A stretch of 61,634 nucleotides of DNA, taken from assembly GCA_014727975.1 (NCBI GenBank), contig WJMK01000040.1:1-61634 (forward strand). Direction: 5' to 3'. The notes beneath the pieces were generated by a model, which saw nothing but the letters and a program-made list of their open reading frames with translations, was not told the origin of the DNA and searched no databases. Shown piece after piece: positions 61,019 to 61,634 of this stretch. The first letter of the stretch is position 1. Each line of letters starts with the position of its first letter. The translations under genes and the position numbers were made by a program. The stretch is from Candidatus Micrarchaeota archaeon. Lineage in GTDB: Archaea > Micrarchaeota > Micrarchaeia > Anstonellales > Bilamarchaeaceae.

Positions 61019-61634
61019 ATTTCTCTTTAAGGTCTTCTGTTTCGGGTTTTGGGTTTTGTAAAGATACTTCTGTGGGTTCCGGGTTTGGAGTTTTGGAAAA
61101 TGGGAAAACAGGAGCAAAGAGCGAAAACAATAAAGACTGGGCCCCGGAGCAAAGCGCATTTAGGCAGGTTCATGCCTCCCAAAACGCGAAGCGCGCAACC
61201 CAAAACAGCGCAGAGCTGCCCACCCTGAAACGGGCAGTCCGGGCCAACTGGCCTGCTGTGAAAGCCCAGCTAGAGCAGCTCGGAGCTTGCCTTCCCAAGC
61301 AGAAGCTGATACAAGCGATTACTGTGCTTTCTGAAGCCCGCAAAAGGCGTTTTCTGCGCTCGCGCAGGCCCAAGTATGGAAGCATGAACAAGGGCTTTAC
61401 GGAGGAGGAATTGGAACGTTTCTTCCGCTTTGTGGATGATGAGCGATTCCGCTTGATTTTTAGCTTCCAGGCGTTCCTTGGGCTGCGGATTGGTGAAGCA
61501 ATCCGCATAAACGTGAAGGACATCAACCTGCGGACGCGGGAGCTTCGTACTTTCACCGAAAAGAGCGGAAAAACAGACTATCTGCTGATTCCCGACCACC
61601 TGTTTGAAGCCACTCTGGAATTCATTTCCGCGCA
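61019..61634 (+). mobile_element. Probable left end of an integrated element inserted at tRNA-Ile
   Basis: The integrase gene begins about 75 nt after the tRNA 3' end. GGGTTT(T) motifs are iterated at 61044-61088 between them. Confidence 0.45.
61093..61634 (+). CDS. Tyrosine recombinase/integrase, 3'-truncated by window edge (start uncertain)
   Basis: Frame 1 stays open to the end of the window and is absent from the ORF track because it has no stop. It encodes ...FTEEELERFFRFVDDERFRLIFSFQAFLGLRIGEAIRINVKDINLRTRELRTFTEKSGKTDYLLIP, with the catalytic box-I Arg in GLRIGEA. The only in-frame candidate starts are TTG 61093 and GTG 61258. An out-of-frame ATG at 61100 opens a 42-codon basic ORF. 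Confidence 0.7.
   Translation, partial: MENGKTGAKSENNKDWAPEQSAFRQVHASQNAKRATQNSAELPTLKRAVRANWPAVKAQLEQLGACLPKQKLIQAITVLSEARKRRFLRSRRPKYGSMNKGFTEEELERFFRFVDDERFRLIFSFQAFLGLRIGEAIRINVKDINLRTRELRTFTEKSGKTDYLLIPDHLFEATLEFISA

Noticed and set aside
61170-61599. Minus-strand ORFs 61170..61556 and 61270..61599 from the track.
   Set aside because: They lie opposite a + strand frame that encodes an unmistakable tyrosine-recombinase segment. Their translations have no motifs.
1-61634. Search for CRISPR arrays, rRNA genes and transposases/IS elements.
   Set aside because: No regularly spaced direct repeats, rRNA-like sequence or transposase-like ORF was seen. All intergenic regions except 42237-42807, 56353-56626, 11702-11978 and 60710-60943 are shorter than 160 nt.

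Overview
This 61.6-kb window is gene-dense and reads as chromosome from a small-genome archaeon, DPANN-like in style. A/T-rich TATA-like boxes sit about 25-40 nt upstream of most start codons. Many transcripts look leaderless, and several divergent gene pairs share one palindromic box. The tRNAs lack an encoded CCA. The informational genes are archaeal/eukaryal-type: a Lig1-type ATP-dependent DNA ligase overlapping a PolX-PHP polymerase, an Mre11-like nuclease and an EF-Tu-like protein. I call about 75 CDS and 3 tRNAs (Arg-CCG, Leu-UAG, Ile-GAU). I found no rRNA, CRISPR array or transposase. The only mobile-element signal is a tyrosine-recombinase gene that starts just after tRNA-Ile and runs off the right edge. 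Recognisable housekeeping genes: two DEAD-box helicases, a CspA-type cold-shock protein, MsrA, MsrB, Pcm, cyclophilin, MscL, an APC permease, a CPA2 antiporter, an AI-2E permease, a CDP-alcohol phosphatidyltransferase, an SDR, a GT2 and a nucleoside-phosphorylase/PRTase pair. Roughly half the coding capacity is orphan or secreted. This includes many lipobox proteins with Glu/Pro-rich stalks, Cys-rich surface proteins, a TSP3-repeat protein, an HExxHxxGxxD protease, a GH8-like hydrolase and two ankyrin proteins. The most noteworthy observations are: (i) a full-length sigma-70-family homologue, plus a separate HTH + RNAP-alpha-CTD-like protein, in an archaeal context; (ii) a 570-bp gene-free region holding two related structured non-coding elements; (iii) a roughly 120-nt structured element with its own promoter upstream of tRNA-Leu; (iv) a Cys-rich protein family ending in a Cys-Gly/TM/basic sorting-type signal; (v) a CHAT/caspase-like lipoprotein; (vi) an ATP-cone-fused PD-(D/E)xK nuclease; (vii) the tRNA-Ile/integrase junction. 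All functional calls come from reading motifs by eye, since no database search was possible. Many start codons were re-picked relative to the ORF track using TATA-box spacing.
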